Shown: positions 1 to 9,875 of the stretch, piece by piece | How the letters are laid out: the number at the start of each line of letters is the position of its first letter | Position numbering within the stretch: position 1 is the first letter of the stretch | From: Acaryochloris marina S15 | Lineage (GTDB): Bacteria; Cyanobacteriota; Cyanobacteriia; Thermosynechococcales; Thermosynechococcaceae | Reading direction: 5' to 3' | DNA: 32,000 bases | NCBI RefSeq assembly: GCF_018336915.1 | Contig: NZ_CP064923.1 | Span: 5,790,001-5,822,000, forward strand | Position numbers and translations under genes: made by a program | Notes under the pieces: generated by a model | What the model saw: the letters and a program-made list of their open reading frames with translations, nothing else | Database searches by the model: none | Told to the model about the DNA's origin: nothing

Positions 1-807
1 CAACCGAGTGCCAATTCTGTCTCTTTTTTAGATCAGTTAGGGTGGCCTCCAGGAACGGAAATAGTCGGGCTATTGCCAGGTTCAAAGCCTTCCAAATTAC
101 GGGTGGGGGTGCCCTTCTGCTTGGGAGTGGCAGATCAGCTCCAGCAATATCGACCCCAAACACAGTTCATTATTCCCGTTGCTCCCGGTCTTTCCTTGGC
201 AACCCTATCTCGCTATGCTGACTCCAGCGATAACCCTTTGATTTCGAACTATTTAGGAAATACTGCCACCTTAGTTCAACCAGACCAGGGGCTTCCCTAT
301 CTCTCCACGCCTCAGGGCACTAAAGTCTGGCTGTGGCTGCCCAACCCTGCCTATGATTTGCTAGTACATTGCCAAATTTGCCTGACCACTGTGGGTGCCA
401 ACACGGCTGAACTAACGGCTTTAATGGTGCCGATGATGGTGATTCTGCCAACCCAGCATCTGGCTGGGGCACCTATTGGGGATGGTTTGCTGGGGCTAGT
501 GGCTCGCCTACCGTTTGTCGGAGAAGTGATTAACCGCTACATCCTGCCGCCAGGGTTTAAGGCTTGGCCTAATATTTGGGCAGATCAAGAGATTGTGCCG
601 GAGTGGGTTGGGCCTTTATCTCCTAAATCCGTTGCTCAATACTTGCAGACCGTGTTAGCTTCTCCATCCCGTCTGCAAGCCATCAAATTGTCTTTGAGAG
701 ACGTGCGAGGTGAAGTGGGTGCTGTTTCTCGTTTTGCCCAACTAGTATCAGCAACCCTGGCAGAAGAGATGCCTTTTGAGGAGTATATGACCCAGAATTC
801 ACCTTAA
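1..807 (+). CDS. LpxB-like / lipid-A-disaccharide synthase-related glycosyltransferase, C-terminal part (5' end outside window)
   Basis: Frame 1 is open from base 1, with no stop before the TTG at 73, so the ORF is cut by the window edge. Stop TAA is at 805-807. The segment ..CLTTVGANTAELTALMVPMMVILPTQ.. resembles the C-terminal half of a GT-B glycosyltransferase family conserved in cyanobacteria. The family name is from memory, not from a search. Confidence 0.5.
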   Translation, partial: QPSANSVSFLDQLGWPPGTEIVGLLPGSKPSKLRVGVPFCLGVADQLQQYRPQTQFIIPVAPGLSLATLSRYADSSDNPLISNYLGNTATLVQPDQGLPYLSTPQGTKVWLWLPNPAYDLLVHCQICLTTVGANTAELTALMVPMMVILPTQHLAGAPIGDGLLGLVARLPFVGEVINRYILPPGFKAWPNIWADQEIVPEWVGPLSPKSVAQYLQTVLASPSRLQAIKLSLRDVRGEVGAVSRFAQLVSATLAEEMPFEEYMTQNSP

Positions 808-1196
808 TAATCTTGGGATTGGCTATCGCGACGGCCCAATTCGTAGACCCCACCGATCAGCAAGCAAATCATTCCCAAACTGACACCCCAGCTACGGCCT
901 CCAAAACCCCAGGTACTCGCGCAATAACAGAGGCTACCTACTATTAAAAACGGCAAAATACTAATAAGGGATGCACAGACTAAATTGCGGGCTTCACGAG
1001 CAGGGCGAGATTTCTCAAATTCTTCTGCCGATAGATATAAGGAGCGGTCAACGAAGTTAAGCCATCGGCAGAGCTGAGTTGTGATCCACTGACTTAATGG
1101 ATTAAATCCGATGTATAGACCTGTGGCCCATAGACTCCCCCCGGCAATGGGTAGAGCTTCGATCTGAAACTGAAATGGAAAAACGTCAATGACCAT
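804..1196 (-). CDS. Hypothetical integral membrane protein
   Basis: 130-aa ORF with an ATG start at 1196-1194. It has several hydrophobic helices (LISILPFLIVGSLCY, VSLGMICLLIGGV). Its stop overlaps the stop of the convergent upstream gene. Confidence 0.55.
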   Translation of the reverse strand: MVIDVFPFQFQIEALPIAGGSLWATGLYIGFNPLSQWITTQLCRWLNFVDRSLYLSAEEFEKSRPAREARNLVCASLISILPFLIVGSLCYCASTWGFGGRSWGVSLGMICLLIGGVYELGRRDSQSQDY

Positions 1197-1377
1197 AGGT
1201 GATGGAGATGCCGAAATCGCAGGCTTTAGGGCTGCAATCTTTGGAGGTAGCAGTAAACGTGAAGGTTCATATCACTATGACATCAAATCCTTAATAAACC
1301 CACAAAAATCTTAACTCTTATGCGGTTCAATAGGCTGAAATATCGAATTTAGGTCGTGAGTTAGCTGATTTAGATGT

Positions 1378-1785
1378 CTAAGACTTTGAATGAGACTGTT
1401 CAAGCTGACATGGTGTGCAAATACCGAAAAATTCTAGCGTATGGTAGAAAATCTCGAACTTTGATGATTGTCTGAGCTGATTTTCCAATTCATGAACAGG
1501 GCATTCTTCCTCTTGGATGGGAATAGAAACGCCACATTGTAGACAAGTGACATGATGTTTATCTTGTTGAGCAGCAGTATAAAGGGTTTCGCCATTGTTC
1601 AGCAGTCTGGCCTGAATAATACCACTTAGTTTGAGGGTATCTAATGCCCGATAGACCGTGGCTAGCCCCAGGGTTAATTGAGCTTTACGTAACTCAAGAT
1701 AGAGTTCTTGAGCAGAAATCTCCCGGTTCAACTTTTTTAAAAGTTTGAGAACGGTATTTTGGCTGCGAGTAAGGTGTGATTTCAT
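1378..1785 (-). CDS. Fur family transcriptional regulator (Zur/FurB-like)
   Basis: 135 aa. It has a winged-helix segment (GLATVYRALDTLKLSGII), then HHVTCLQCG ... CPVHE ... HTLEFFGICTPC metal-binding motifs typical of Fur/Zur/PerR proteins. The paralog assignment is uncertain. Confidence 0.85.
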   Translation of the reverse strand: MKSHLTRSQNTVLKLLKKLNREISAQELYLELRKAQLTLGLATVYRALDTLKLSGIIQARLLNNGETLYTAAQQDKHHVTCLQCGVSIPIQEEECPVHELENQLRQSSKFEIFYHTLEFFGICTPCQLEQSHSKS

Positions 1786-2086
1786 GAAAAGGGCATCAAT
1801 AGTAATGATGCAGTGGCCAAGTGCTTACAAATAGGGTGCCTCAAAATCTCGATTGCATATCGTATAGAAATGATCTAATGCGCTCCCATCCTAGAATAGA
1901 CCAACATATCTGACTTGAGTTTGTTACCTTAAGGACGATGTTTGCTGCCTACACCCATTAGATTGGAGATCACTCTGGCAGAGCACGATCAATGTTCAAC
2001 CCACAACATACTAGGATATGGGGGGGAAACGCTTCTCCATTATTTCTCACTCATAGTGTTGATGACCTCGCCCTAGAACCAATTTT

Positions 2087-2950
2087 ATGACGCGTAGCAA
2101 GCTCTCAGATTCCGATAAGCAAACCATTACTCAACTCTTTCGCGAGTCTGAAGAGACCATTGCCCAACTGGCAACTCGCTTTGAGGTCAGTAGTTCAACG
2201 ATTCGGCGCATTATTAAAAATCAGCTGCCTGATCAAGAATACGATGCGCTAATTGCTACGAAGCAAGAGAAGCGAGGCCCTAAATCTTCTCGAAAGCAGT
2301 CTCCTGTCCTTGCTGCAAAGGCAGAGGTAGCTGAAGAGCCTAAGCCTGTGAAGGTCATCGACGCACCGGTACGGCCAGCGCCTATTAAAAAGCGTAAGCA
2401 AACAGAAGAATCAGCTGTTGTAGCAGAGGTAGAAACACCGTCGAAGTTGGCCGTTGCACAGCTCGATGGCCAGGAAGATCTTGCCGAAATCATTGCTGAT
2501 ATTGAGCATGATCTGCATGATCTACCTGCAGTTGATGCAGAGGAAGATACCGATATAGATGATTTTGATACAGATGATGCTGATCTAGAAGATGGCTCAG
2601 ATGCAGATGATGGGTTGGGGATCAACCTAGAAGCCGTTGAACTTATTCAAGTGTTGCCCTTTTCAGAAGCAAAGTTTCCCAAAACCTGTTACTTAGTGGT
2701 GGATCGGTCGTCGGAACTGATTACGCGTCCGCTACAAGCGTTTGGAGAATTAGGCACGATTCCAGAACAAGAAGTGGACGCAAAAACCTTACCCATTTTT
2801 GACAATCATCGGATTGCGCGTCGTTTTTCCCATCGCACCCAAAGAATTGTGAAAGTTCCCAACAGTAATGTCTTGAAAAAGACATGCCCTCAATTACTAG
2901 CGAAAGGAATCACACGCTTGCTAATCAATGGCCATGTTTATTCTCTATGA
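2087..2950 (+). CDS. Hypothetical protein with N-terminal helix-turn-helix and an acidic disordered middle region
   Basis: 287-aa ORF. The N-terminus (ETIAQLATRFEVSSSTIRRIIKN) is HTH-like. The centre is a D/E-rich low-complexity stretch, and the C-terminal ~100 aa look globular. It is divergent from the Fur gene. Confidence 0.6.
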   Translation: MTRSKLSDSDKQTITQLFRESEETIAQLATRFEVSSSTIRRIIKNQLPDQEYDALIATKQEKRGPKSSRKQSPVLAAKAEVAEEPKPVKVIDAPVRPAPIKKRKQTEESAVVAEVETPSKLAVAQLDGQEDLAEIIADIEHDLHDLPAVDAEEDTDIDDFDTDDADLEDGSDADDGLGINLEAVELIQVLPFSEAKFPKTCYLVVDRSSELITRPLQAFGELGTIPEQEVDAKTLPIFDNHRIARRFSHRTQRIVKVPNSNVLKKTCPQLLAKGITRLLINGHVYSL

Positions 2951-3093
2951 CGCTTTTTTTAAGGCCTAGGGCAATCTAAGTTATGAGCTATGATGCCTAG
3001 ACAGGTAGCGTGATATACACCTACATAAACTCTGAGAGTCAGAATATAAGTACTACAGTTAGTTGCTAATTCTTTATAAGCAAGAAATTTGAT

Positions 3094-4224
3094 ATGAAAG
3101 CGATGATTTTGGCGGCGGGTAAAGGCACCCGCGTTCGCCCAATAACATTCACTATCCCTAAGCCCATGATTCCTATCATGCAGAAGCCTGTGATGGAGTT
3201 CTTAGTGGAGCTCCTTCGTCAGCATGGCTTTGACGAAATTATGGTGAATGTCAGTCATTTAGCAGACGAGATCGAGAACTACTTCCGAGATGGGCAGCGT
3301 TTTGGTGTAGATATTGCTTACTCTTTTGAAGGTCGGATTGAAGATGGCAACCTGATTGGAGATGCAGTAGGCTCTGCAGGTGGCATGCGCCGCATTCAAG
3401 ATTTTTCACCTTTCTTTGACGATACGTTTATTGTCTTATGTGGGGATGCTCTGATTGACCTGGACCTGACGGCAGCAGTGGAATGGCATCGGCAAAAAGG
3501 CTCGATTGCCACTATTGTCATGAAAACAGTCGATCCGAACGATGTCTCTAGCTATGGTGTTGTTGTTACGGATGAAGAAGGACGAGTAAAGTCTTTCCAA
3601 GAAAAACCCAGTGTCGATGAAGCACTTAGCAACACTATTAATACTGGCATCTATATTTTTGAACCTGAAGTTCTCGATCTGATTCCCTCGGGTCAAGAGT
3701 TTGATATTGGTGGTGACCTCTTTCCCAAACTGGTGTCGATGAACATGCCTTTTTATGGCATTGCCATGGATTTCCAATGGGTAGACATTGGTAAAGTCCC
3801 TGATTATTGGCATGCCATTCGTAGTGTATTGATGGGCGATGTCAAAAATGTGGCGATTCCAGGTCATGAAGTGAAACCCGGTGTCTATACTGGGCTGAAC
3901 GTTGATATCGACTGGGATAAGGTTGATGTTCAAGGTCCCGTTTATATCGGTGGTATGACACGCATTGATGAAGGGGTTAAGATTATTGGCCCCACTATGA
4001 TTGGTCCCAACTGTCATATTTGTACTGGCGCAACCGTAGATAACAGCGTTATTTTTGAATATTCACGCTTAGGGTCTGAAGTGCGCCTTGTCGATAAGCT
4101 GGTTTTTGGACGCTATTGTGTGGATAAAACCGGTGCTTCGTTGGATGTCCGAGCTGCATCTTTGGATTGGCTCATTACGGATGCCCGTCAAGATGCTCAG
4201 GCTCCGTCACCGATGGTGAGCTAG
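3094..4224 (+). CDS. cugP: NDP-sugar pyrophosphorylase (mannose-1-phosphate guanylyltransferase-like; probable CugP-type UDP-glucose pyrophosphorylase)
   Basis: The N-terminal MKAMILAAGKGTRVRPIT..PKPM nucleotidyltransferase signature is present, with a C-terminal left-handed beta-helix region (VYIGGMTRIDEGVKIIGPTMIGPNCHI). It closely resembles my memory of Synechocystis Sll1558 (CugP). The symbol is tentative. Confidence 0.8.
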   Translation: MKAMILAAGKGTRVRPITFTIPKPMIPIMQKPVMEFLVELLRQHGFDEIMVNVSHLADEIENYFRDGQRFGVDIAYSFEGRIEDGNLIGDAVGSAGGMRRIQDFSPFFDDTFIVLCGDALIDLDLTAAVEWHRQKGSIATIVMKTVDPNDVSSYGVVVTDEEGRVKSFQEKPSVDEALSNTINTGIYIFEPEVLDLIPSGQEFDIGGDLFPKLVSMNMPFYGIAMDFQWVDIGKVPDYWHAIRSVLMGDVKNVAIPGHEVKPGVYTGLNVDIDWDKVDVQGPVYIGGMTRIDEGVKIIGPTMIGPNCHICTGATVDNSVIFEYSRLGSEVRLVDKLVFGRYCVDKTGASLDVRAASLDWLITDARQDAQAPSPMVS

Positions 4225-4573
4225 GTTCGTCGAATTTTTAGCGAAGACGATTATGGCATTGCTCCTAAGTTTTGGGTATTGCTTAACTATGACGTGGCTG
4301 TGGGGGAATCGTCCTAAAAAAATCAACCCCATTTTTGATGCCGAGTTTTTGAGTTTCGTCCCACAACCGCTCAGTGCAGCGATAGTGAGTGAGATGAGGG
4401 ATGGCTGGATATCAATTACGTAATCGCCGAACGCTGATCGCAGACTATTGCCGAGCCAGTGATGGGGATGCTACTTACTGTCCCCACATGGTACCTACCA
4501 ATACGCGAATCAGGACGCCCTAAAATAGGCCAATTCCAAAAAAACATAACTTTGTCGGGCTTGATAATTAGCA

Positions 4574-5926
4574 TTAGGCTGGCTGTGATAAGAGTGAATG
4601 AATCGGTAAGTCGAGATTAAAATAAAGACGAACTGCAATAATCAGCGCTAAACACCCTAGTAACAGGAATGTTGCTAGTAAATCTTGCATCAAGCCATTC
4701 AGGCCTTCTCTCAGCAGACCGTAATTGACAGCCAGATAATAAAACAGATCATTGAGGGCGACTCCCATAATTGCTCCTGCATTGCCAAAATATTGGAAGC
4801 CCATCCAAATACCAATGATGGTGCAGGCAAGGCGCAAGATGTTGCCGCAGGTGGTGTATTGAAATTTGCCCATGGCGAATAAATAGGGTTCATTCGTTTG
4901 GGAGAGTAAGCGAGGCCAAATGCCTAAAGCCAATATGGGGAGCATCCAGGAGGCATCGAGGTAGCGGGGGTCATACAGAGTTGTGATCAGCAAATCACCA
5001 AACCCTGCTAAAACGACCACTAAGAGCAGAGAGGCCAAGAGAAACGGGCGACGGTTTTTGAGAATCTTGGGGACAAGGATGTCTCGGGGCTGGTCAATGC
5101 TTTTGCTGATGGCAGGAAAAATCACTTTATTGCTGATGCTCATCACCACTTTGTAGGGCATATCGCTGAGGGTAAAGGCAATTCCGTACACACCCAATAA
5201 ACTGAGTGAAAAAAGGTCCCCAAGTATCAGCCGATCAGCTTGTTCTGCTAAAAAGGTTAGAGCTGTATTGATAAAAATCCATTGGCCTAGGGTAAGCAAG
5301 TCTTTTAAAGCATCCTTGTCCCAAGCAAATTGATTGCTGGAACCGGGAAAAAGAAAGTGACTCCAAACCATTTTCAAAAATGTAGAGGCCAACCCCCCAG
5401 CGACTAAGGCCCAGATGCTAGGCGCAATTGCTGCCCATATAATCATGATGATTATGCCTACAGCTTGAGTCGATAGCTCGAACACCACTTGTTTCTGCAC
5501 ATCAAGATGTCGTTCAAGCTGGGCAATTGCGGTGGATTCAAACCCCGAAAAAATCGTGGTGATGCCGACTATAGGAATCAGCCAGAGCAACTCAGGATGC
5601 TGGTACAGGGTGGCAATGGGCCAGGCAATCACCAGGCAGCCGAACCAGAGAACGAACCCACGAATGACGTCAACGGTCCAGGCTGTATTGAGAAAGACCG
5701 GATCGTCGCCTCGCTTATTTTGGACTACACTCCAGCTGGTTCCCAGATCTGAAAAGAGTTGGAGACCAATAATAAAAATATTGGTGAGGGCCATCAACCC
5801 AAATAGTTCTGGGTATAGCAGCCGGGTCAGAATAAGATTGCCACCGAATCGCAGACCTTGACTGCCGCCATACCCGATTAGAGTCCAGAGGGTGCCACGA
5901 ATGACCAACTTTTTGAGGGATGCCAT
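4574..5926 (-). CDS. Polysaccharide/oligosaccharide flippase, MOP superfamily (Wzx-like)
   Basis: Polytopic membrane protein with many hydrophobic helices and a Wzx-like N-terminus (MASLKKLVIRGTLWTLIGYGGSQGLRF). The longest ORF extends to 6028. I prefer the ATG at 5926 because the extra 34 aa are not family-like. Confidence 0.75.
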   Translation of the reverse strand: MASLKKLVIRGTLWTLIGYGGSQGLRFGGNLILTRLLYPELFGLMALTNIFIIGLQLFSDLGTSWSVVQNKRGDDPVFLNTAWTVDVIRGFVLWFGCLVIAWPIATLYQHPELLWLIPIVGITTIFSGFESTAIAQLERHLDVQKQVVFELSTQAVGIIIMIIWAAIAPSIWALVAGGLASTFLKMVWSHFLFPGSSNQFAWDKDALKDLLTLGQWIFINTALTFLAEQADRLILGDLFSLSLLGVYGIAFTLSDMPYKVVMSISNKVIFPAISKSIDQPRDILVPKILKNRRPFLLASLLLVVVLAGFGDLLITTLYDPRYLDASWMLPILALGIWPRLLSQTNEPYLFAMGKFQYTTCGNILRLACTIIGIWMGFQYFGNAGAIMGVALNDLFYYLAVNYGLLREGLNGLMQDLLATFLLLGCLALIIAVRLYFNLDLPIHSLLSQPA

Positions 5927-6114
5927 AGATTGGGGTTGAATGAGGGCAATATATGGGCCACCCTTATCCCTGTCTATGATGCTCTCAATGGAGAAGGCTA
6001 TTGTCTTGTGGTTAGAGACAAAAGCCACAGCATCATGGATTGAGATATAGGAGACCTATGTCAAGATGACGGTTAAAGCTGGAAAACTGGAAGTTGTAGA
6101 AAGTTTAAACAATT

Positions 6115-7068
6115 ATGGATGGACAGCGGTGGCTGGCACGTCAAGAACCCCAGTGGCGGCGATATGAAAGCTTGCTACAAAAGGCTGAAAAAAGAGGCCT
6201 GAAGAAATTGACTGGTCGAGAAGTGCAAGATCTGAGTGGGCTTTACCGGATGGTGGCTGCAGATTTAGCACGGGCACGAGCTCGACAATTAGGAACAGGG
6301 GTAACGGATAAGCTGAAGCAACTGACCTTGCGTGGGTATTCCCAAATTTATCAGGGGGGGCGCCGGTCGGCTTGGCGCTCGGTGTGGGAGTTTGTTTGTT
6401 GGGACTTTCCGGCTGTGGTGCAAGAAACCTGGGTGTTTACGGTGCTGGCTACGGCGGTATTTTTAGTGGGAGGCTTGATTGGCTGGTGGTTTACCTGGCG
6501 TGATCCAGTGTTTATGAATTTGGTGATTCCTCAACGGATTATCGATATTGTCCAAGAAGACGGGCAACTATGGATGGGGTCGATTGTGGGTAGTGAACCC
6601 CTAGCTTCGAGCGATATTATGCAAAATAATATCAGTGTCACCTTCTCGACGTTTGCCGGAGGGATGCTGGCGGGGTTGGGGACCCTCTATATTCTGTGGA
6701 TTAATGGGCTAAGCATTGCTGCGATCGCAACTCTAGTCGGTCAGAATAAATTAGCCTATCCTTTTTGGGCTTTTGTTTTTCCCCACGGTGCTTTGGAACT
6801 GCCCGCGATTTTTTTGGCCGGAGGAGCTGGGTTGTTACTGGCGAGGGCAGTGGTTTTCCCAGGACGATACAAACGGCTAGTCGCCTTAAAGTTGTACGGT
6901 GCCCAAGCGATACAGCTGATGTTTGGAGTAGTGCCGATGCTGATTATTGCTGGGGGCATTGAAGGATTTTTCTCACCTTCTCCGGGAGTCCCTGCGCCTG
7001 TTAAGTATGTTGCAGGTCTGAGTTTGTTATGGGGATTATTGCTATATTTGCGCCGTCGCCCGGCGTGA
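6115..7068 (+). CDS. SpoIIM/DUF95-like integral membrane protein
   Basis: 317 aa. The cytoplasmic N-terminus (..GREVQDLSGLYRMVAADLARARAR) is followed by about 6 TM helices and a PHGALELPAIFLAGGAG motif typical of the stage II sporulation protein M-like family. Confidence 0.7.
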   Translation: MDGQRWLARQEPQWRRYESLLQKAEKRGLKKLTGREVQDLSGLYRMVAADLARARARQLGTGVTDKLKQLTLRGYSQIYQGGRRSAWRSVWEFVCWDFPAVVQETWVFTVLATAVFLVGGLIGWWFTWRDPVFMNLVIPQRIIDIVQEDGQLWMGSIVGSEPLASSDIMQNNISVTFSTFAGGMLAGLGTLYILWINGLSIAAIATLVGQNKLAYPFWAFVFPHGALELPAIFLAGGAGLLLARAVVFPGRYKRLVALKLYGAQAIQLMFGVVPMLIIAGGIEGFFSPSPGVPAPVKYVAGLSLLWGLLLYLRRRPA

Positions 7069-7152
7069 AGGCAGCTTATGTAAAAGCCCTGAGATAGAAT
7101 AAACGTTAGAAGCAGTTGTTTATATTGATTTGCAGAAGGAATAGGTGAACCC

Positions 7153-7509
7153 ATGGTACAAGCAACTCAGTCTCAACAACGTGGCATTATGATGACTGAC
7201 AATGCCCTGAAGCACGTTCTGGAATTGCGAGAGAAGCAGGGAACAGATCTGTGCTTACGAGTAGGTGTTCGGGGCGGTGGCTGTTCTGGTATGTCTTACA
7301 CCATGGACTTTGAGGATCCTAAGAATATTCAGGGCTCGGATGAAGTATTTGATTATGACAGTTTTAAAGTCGTGTCCGATCCCAAGAGTATGCTGTATAT
7401 TTATGGTTTGGTTCTCGACTACAGCGATGCCTTGATTGGGGGTGGGTTTCAATTCACTAACCCTAATGCGACGCAGACCTGCGGTTGTGGAACGTCTTTC
7501 TCTGCCTAG
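7153..7509 (+). CDS. iscA: Iron-sulfur cluster insertion/assembly protein, IscA/HesB/SufA family
   Basis: 118 aa with LRVGVRGGGCSGMSY and a C-terminal FTNPNATQTCGCGTSF. These are the three conserved Cys of A-type carriers. The N-terminus parallels cyanobacterial IscA. Confidence 0.9.
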   Translation: MVQATQSQQRGIMMTDNALKHVLELREKQGTDLCLRVGVRGGGCSGMSYTMDFEDPKNIQGSDEVFDYDSFKVVSDPKSMLYIYGLVLDYSDALIGGGFQFTNPNATQTCGCGTSFSA

Positions 7510-7521
7510 GATTATTTGGGA

Positions 7522-7947
7522 ATGACTGACACTACCCTTGACGATGTCTTTAAGGAAGCTTTAGATCGCTATCAAGCAGGTGAGCCTGCTGAAGATTTGA
7601 TTCCAGTATTTAAAGACATTTGCGATCATGCCCGTAAGAGCAGTCCCGCTTGGACTTGCTTAGCCTGGCTCTATTTGCTAGCGGACAAGCATAACTCAGC
7701 TTATAAAGCAGCCCAAAAAGCGGTCAAGCTGAATCCTCAAGATCCGCAAGCGCGAGTTAATCTAGTGGTTGCCATGCTGGAAACAGGACAAAAAGGCGTT
7801 CGCAAGCATATCGAAATTGTTCAGCAAATTGCAATGGCAGTGCCTGAATTGCGAGATGAGCTGCAAGAAAGTTTTGACGATGGCTTGAAGCGCAAGCCAG
7901 ATTGGGCCAGCTTAGAGCGGGTGCAGGCTTGGGTTTTTGAGGGATAG
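7522..7947 (+). CDS. TPR-like repeat protein
   Basis: An ORF 13 nt after iscA. The segment WTCLAWLYLLADKHNSAYKAAQKAVKLNPQDPQARVNL fits a tetratricopeptide repeat. The ATG at 7522 is preferred over the TTG at 7516. Confidence 0.6.
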   Translation: MTDTTLDDVFKEALDRYQAGEPAEDLIPVFKDICDHARKSSPAWTCLAWLYLLADKHNSAYKAAQKAVKLNPQDPQARVNLVVAMLETGQKGVRKHIEIVQQIAMAVPELRDELQESFDDGLKRKPDWASLERVQAWVFEG

Positions 7948-8033
7948 TTGCTCTCAATATGAAAAAATGAGAAAGACATCAGTTCGCCAACTGATGTCTT
8001 TTGTAGTTGAAGCCAGAAAAGTAGGAGAGAGTT

Positions 8034-8285
8034 ATGTTTGAAAAACTCATCAATGGCATTAACACTGTCCTGATGCTCGACGTATTTTTCGTAATCTTCT
8101 GTTTTATCTGGTTTTTAGTAGGGCTCCTAGGACGACAGCTAGGAATCCCTCTGGGATTTGATGTGTGGTATTCCCTTTGGCCCAACGTTATCCAGCCTGC
8201 AATTGGGTTGGTGATGGCAGGTTCCATATTGACAGGCATCGTTGGCCAGATTCGCAAACGCATGCCTTCTTCTCAAGAGTGGTGA
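8034..8285 (+). CDS. Small membrane protein (two predicted TM helices)
   Basis: 83-aa ORF with hydrophobic stretches VLMLDVFFVIFCFIWFLVGLLG and VIQPAIGLVMAGSILTGIVG. No recognisable family. Confidence 0.5.
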   Translation: MFEKLINGINTVLMLDVFFVIFCFIWFLVGLLGRQLGIPLGFDVWYSLWPNVIQPAIGLVMAGSILTGIVGQIRKRMPSSQEW

Positions 8286-8303
8286 TGGATGGTTGTCAGC
8301 TGG

Positions 8304-8600
8304 CTAAAGACGCTCAAATCTGTCTGGCGACAGTTCATCTAGATCGTCTTCATCATCCCAGTCATCGTATTCGATTACAGGATCTGTAAGAACAGCTTGT
8401 TGGACTTCATATAGGGTTAACCATTTTCCTGCTTCATGGATCCGTCTGGGAGGATTCTGATAGCGGGCGAAGAACCAGGGTGGAGTGGTGGGTTGAGTGA
8501 TTTCAGCTTGAACACGATAGGGATCAAGATCAGGATAATTAGGATCCCGCTCAACCTTCACCCATACTTTTTGGCCAATTAATTCGTCTGGAGACAGCAT
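8304..8600 (-). CDS. Hypothetical protein with acidic C-terminus
   Basis: 98-aa ORF with an ATG start and non-repetitive composition. The tail is DDWDDEDDLDELSPDRFERL. No family recognised. Confidence 0.5.
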   Translation of the reverse strand: MLSPDELIGQKVWVKVERDPNYPDLDPYRVQAEITQPTTPPWFFARYQNPPRRIHEAGKWLTLYEVQQAVLTDPVIEYDDWDDEDDLDELSPDRFERL

Positions 8601-8974
8601 GATGATGGTTCGAACTTGAGCGCTAACATTCTCTTAAACACTTCTATTGTACAAAAATGAGGAATCTCAGAGTTGTACTTAAATGGATTCTCAAGGATTG
8701 GTTTTTAATAATCTAATCATTCCCAGCTTAAATGGCAACTTGACTTTCCGTATGGGATCAGTTCGGGGATCAAAGATGCAGCCTCTGATACCAAGGACGA
8801 GATCACTTATTTTTGAGGTCTATAAAACCACAAGACTAAAAATTTAGTGTATTCATAAAAAAGGGGGATTCATATCAATATTGCTACGATCATGGACCGC
8901 TATGTCCAAAATGTTCGGTCTGCTTGTGCAATAGCGAATCCCCTATTCACTCAGCATTTTTCAAGGACCTAATT

Positions 8975-9862
8975 GTGACAGTTGCATTAGAACAGACTCC
9001 AACCGCCCAGTATTGGCAGTGGCAGGGATGGCGGATTCATTATGTACAGAAAGGTGAGCAAGGTCCCTGTGTGGTCCTGCTCCATGGCTTTGGTGCTTCT
9101 ACAGACCACTGGCGCAAAAATATTGAAGAGCTCTCCCAGTATTACCGGGTATGGGCAGTCGATATGTTGGGATTTGGCCGCTCTGAGAAACCGGATATGG
9201 ACTATACCGGGGATTTATGGCGGACTCAAATGCAGGCTTTTTGTGAAGAGGTGATTCAAGAGCCTGTGTTTATTGCTGGAAATTCTCTGGGTGGCTATGC
9301 CAGTCTCTGTTTCGCGGTAGATTGTCCACGATGGACGCGAGGGGTCATATTGCTCAACTGTGCTGGATCTTTTGCAGAAGTTGAGCCTAAACCTGAGCTG
9401 TCGGCTTGGCGACAACAGTTGCAAGAGCGGCGCAAAACCGTGATGCGATCGCGTCCTGTGATCAACGTCATGAGCTACTTCTTGTTTAACCGCATGCGGA
9501 AGCCAGAAAATATCCGCAAAGCTTTGTCCCAGGTGTATAAAGATCAATCGGCCGTAACGGATCGCTTGGTTGAAGAAATCTATCAGCCCTCCCTAGATAA
9601 GGGAGCGCGGGGCGTTTTTGCAGGTGTGTTTAAGTCACCGCCTGGCCGCAAGCTCGATGACTTGCTACAAAGCTTGGGCCGCCCTCTATTCCTGCTGTGG
9701 GGATCAGCAGATCCATGGATGACGCCTCAGAAAGCAGAGAAATTTCAACAGTTCTACCCTGCGGCTGATTTAGTCTTAGTCGATGCAGGACACTGTCCCC
9801 ATGATGAGCGTCCTGAAGTCATCAATGCTGAGCTGCATCGCTGGATCCAGCAGCAGTTATAG
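8975..9862 (+). CDS. Alpha/beta fold hydrolase
   Basis: Present are the HGFGAS oxyanion motif, the GNSLGG nucleophile elbow, and a C-terminal DAGHCPHDE segment carrying the catalytic His. The ORF-track start (TTG 8924) is probably too long. GTG 8975 gives MTVALEQTP... Confidence 0.85.
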   Translation: MTVALEQTPTAQYWQWQGWRIHYVQKGEQGPCVVLLHGFGASTDHWRKNIEELSQYYRVWAVDMLGFGRSEKPDMDYTGDLWRTQMQAFCEEVIQEPVFIAGNSLGGYASLCFAVDCPRWTRGVILLNCAGSFAEVEPKPELSAWRQQLQERRKTVMRSRPVINVMSYFLFNRMRKPENIRKALSQVYKDQSAVTDRLVEEIYQPSLDKGARGVFAGVFKSPPGRKLDDLLQSLGRPLFLLWGSADPWMTPQKAEKFQQFYPAADLVLVDAGHCPHDERPEVINAELHRWIQQQL

Positions 9863-9875
9863 ATGGCAGGCCCGA

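Noticed and set aside
2233-2625. 130-aa Ser-rich minus-strand ORF.
   Set aside because: It is antisense to the D/E-rich region of the 2087..2950 gene (GAN/GAA codons read backwards give S/F/I). This is a shadow ORF.
4289-4523. Two short ORFs in the 350-bp gap after cugP. One is a 44-aa MTWLWGNRPKK..GWISIT at 4289..4423. The other is a 40-aa MAGYQLRNRRTLIADYCRASDGDATYCPHMVPTNTRIRTP at 4401..4523.
   Set aside because: They are below a reliable length, overlap each other in different frames, and have poor RBS spacing. No motif is recognised. They could be a real small protein or a gene remnant, but the sequence alone does not support either.
8600-8620. A GGTTCGAAC string resembling a tRNA T-arm.
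   Set aside because: No complementary acceptor, D or anticodon stems can be drawn around it. It is an isolated match in an intergenic region.
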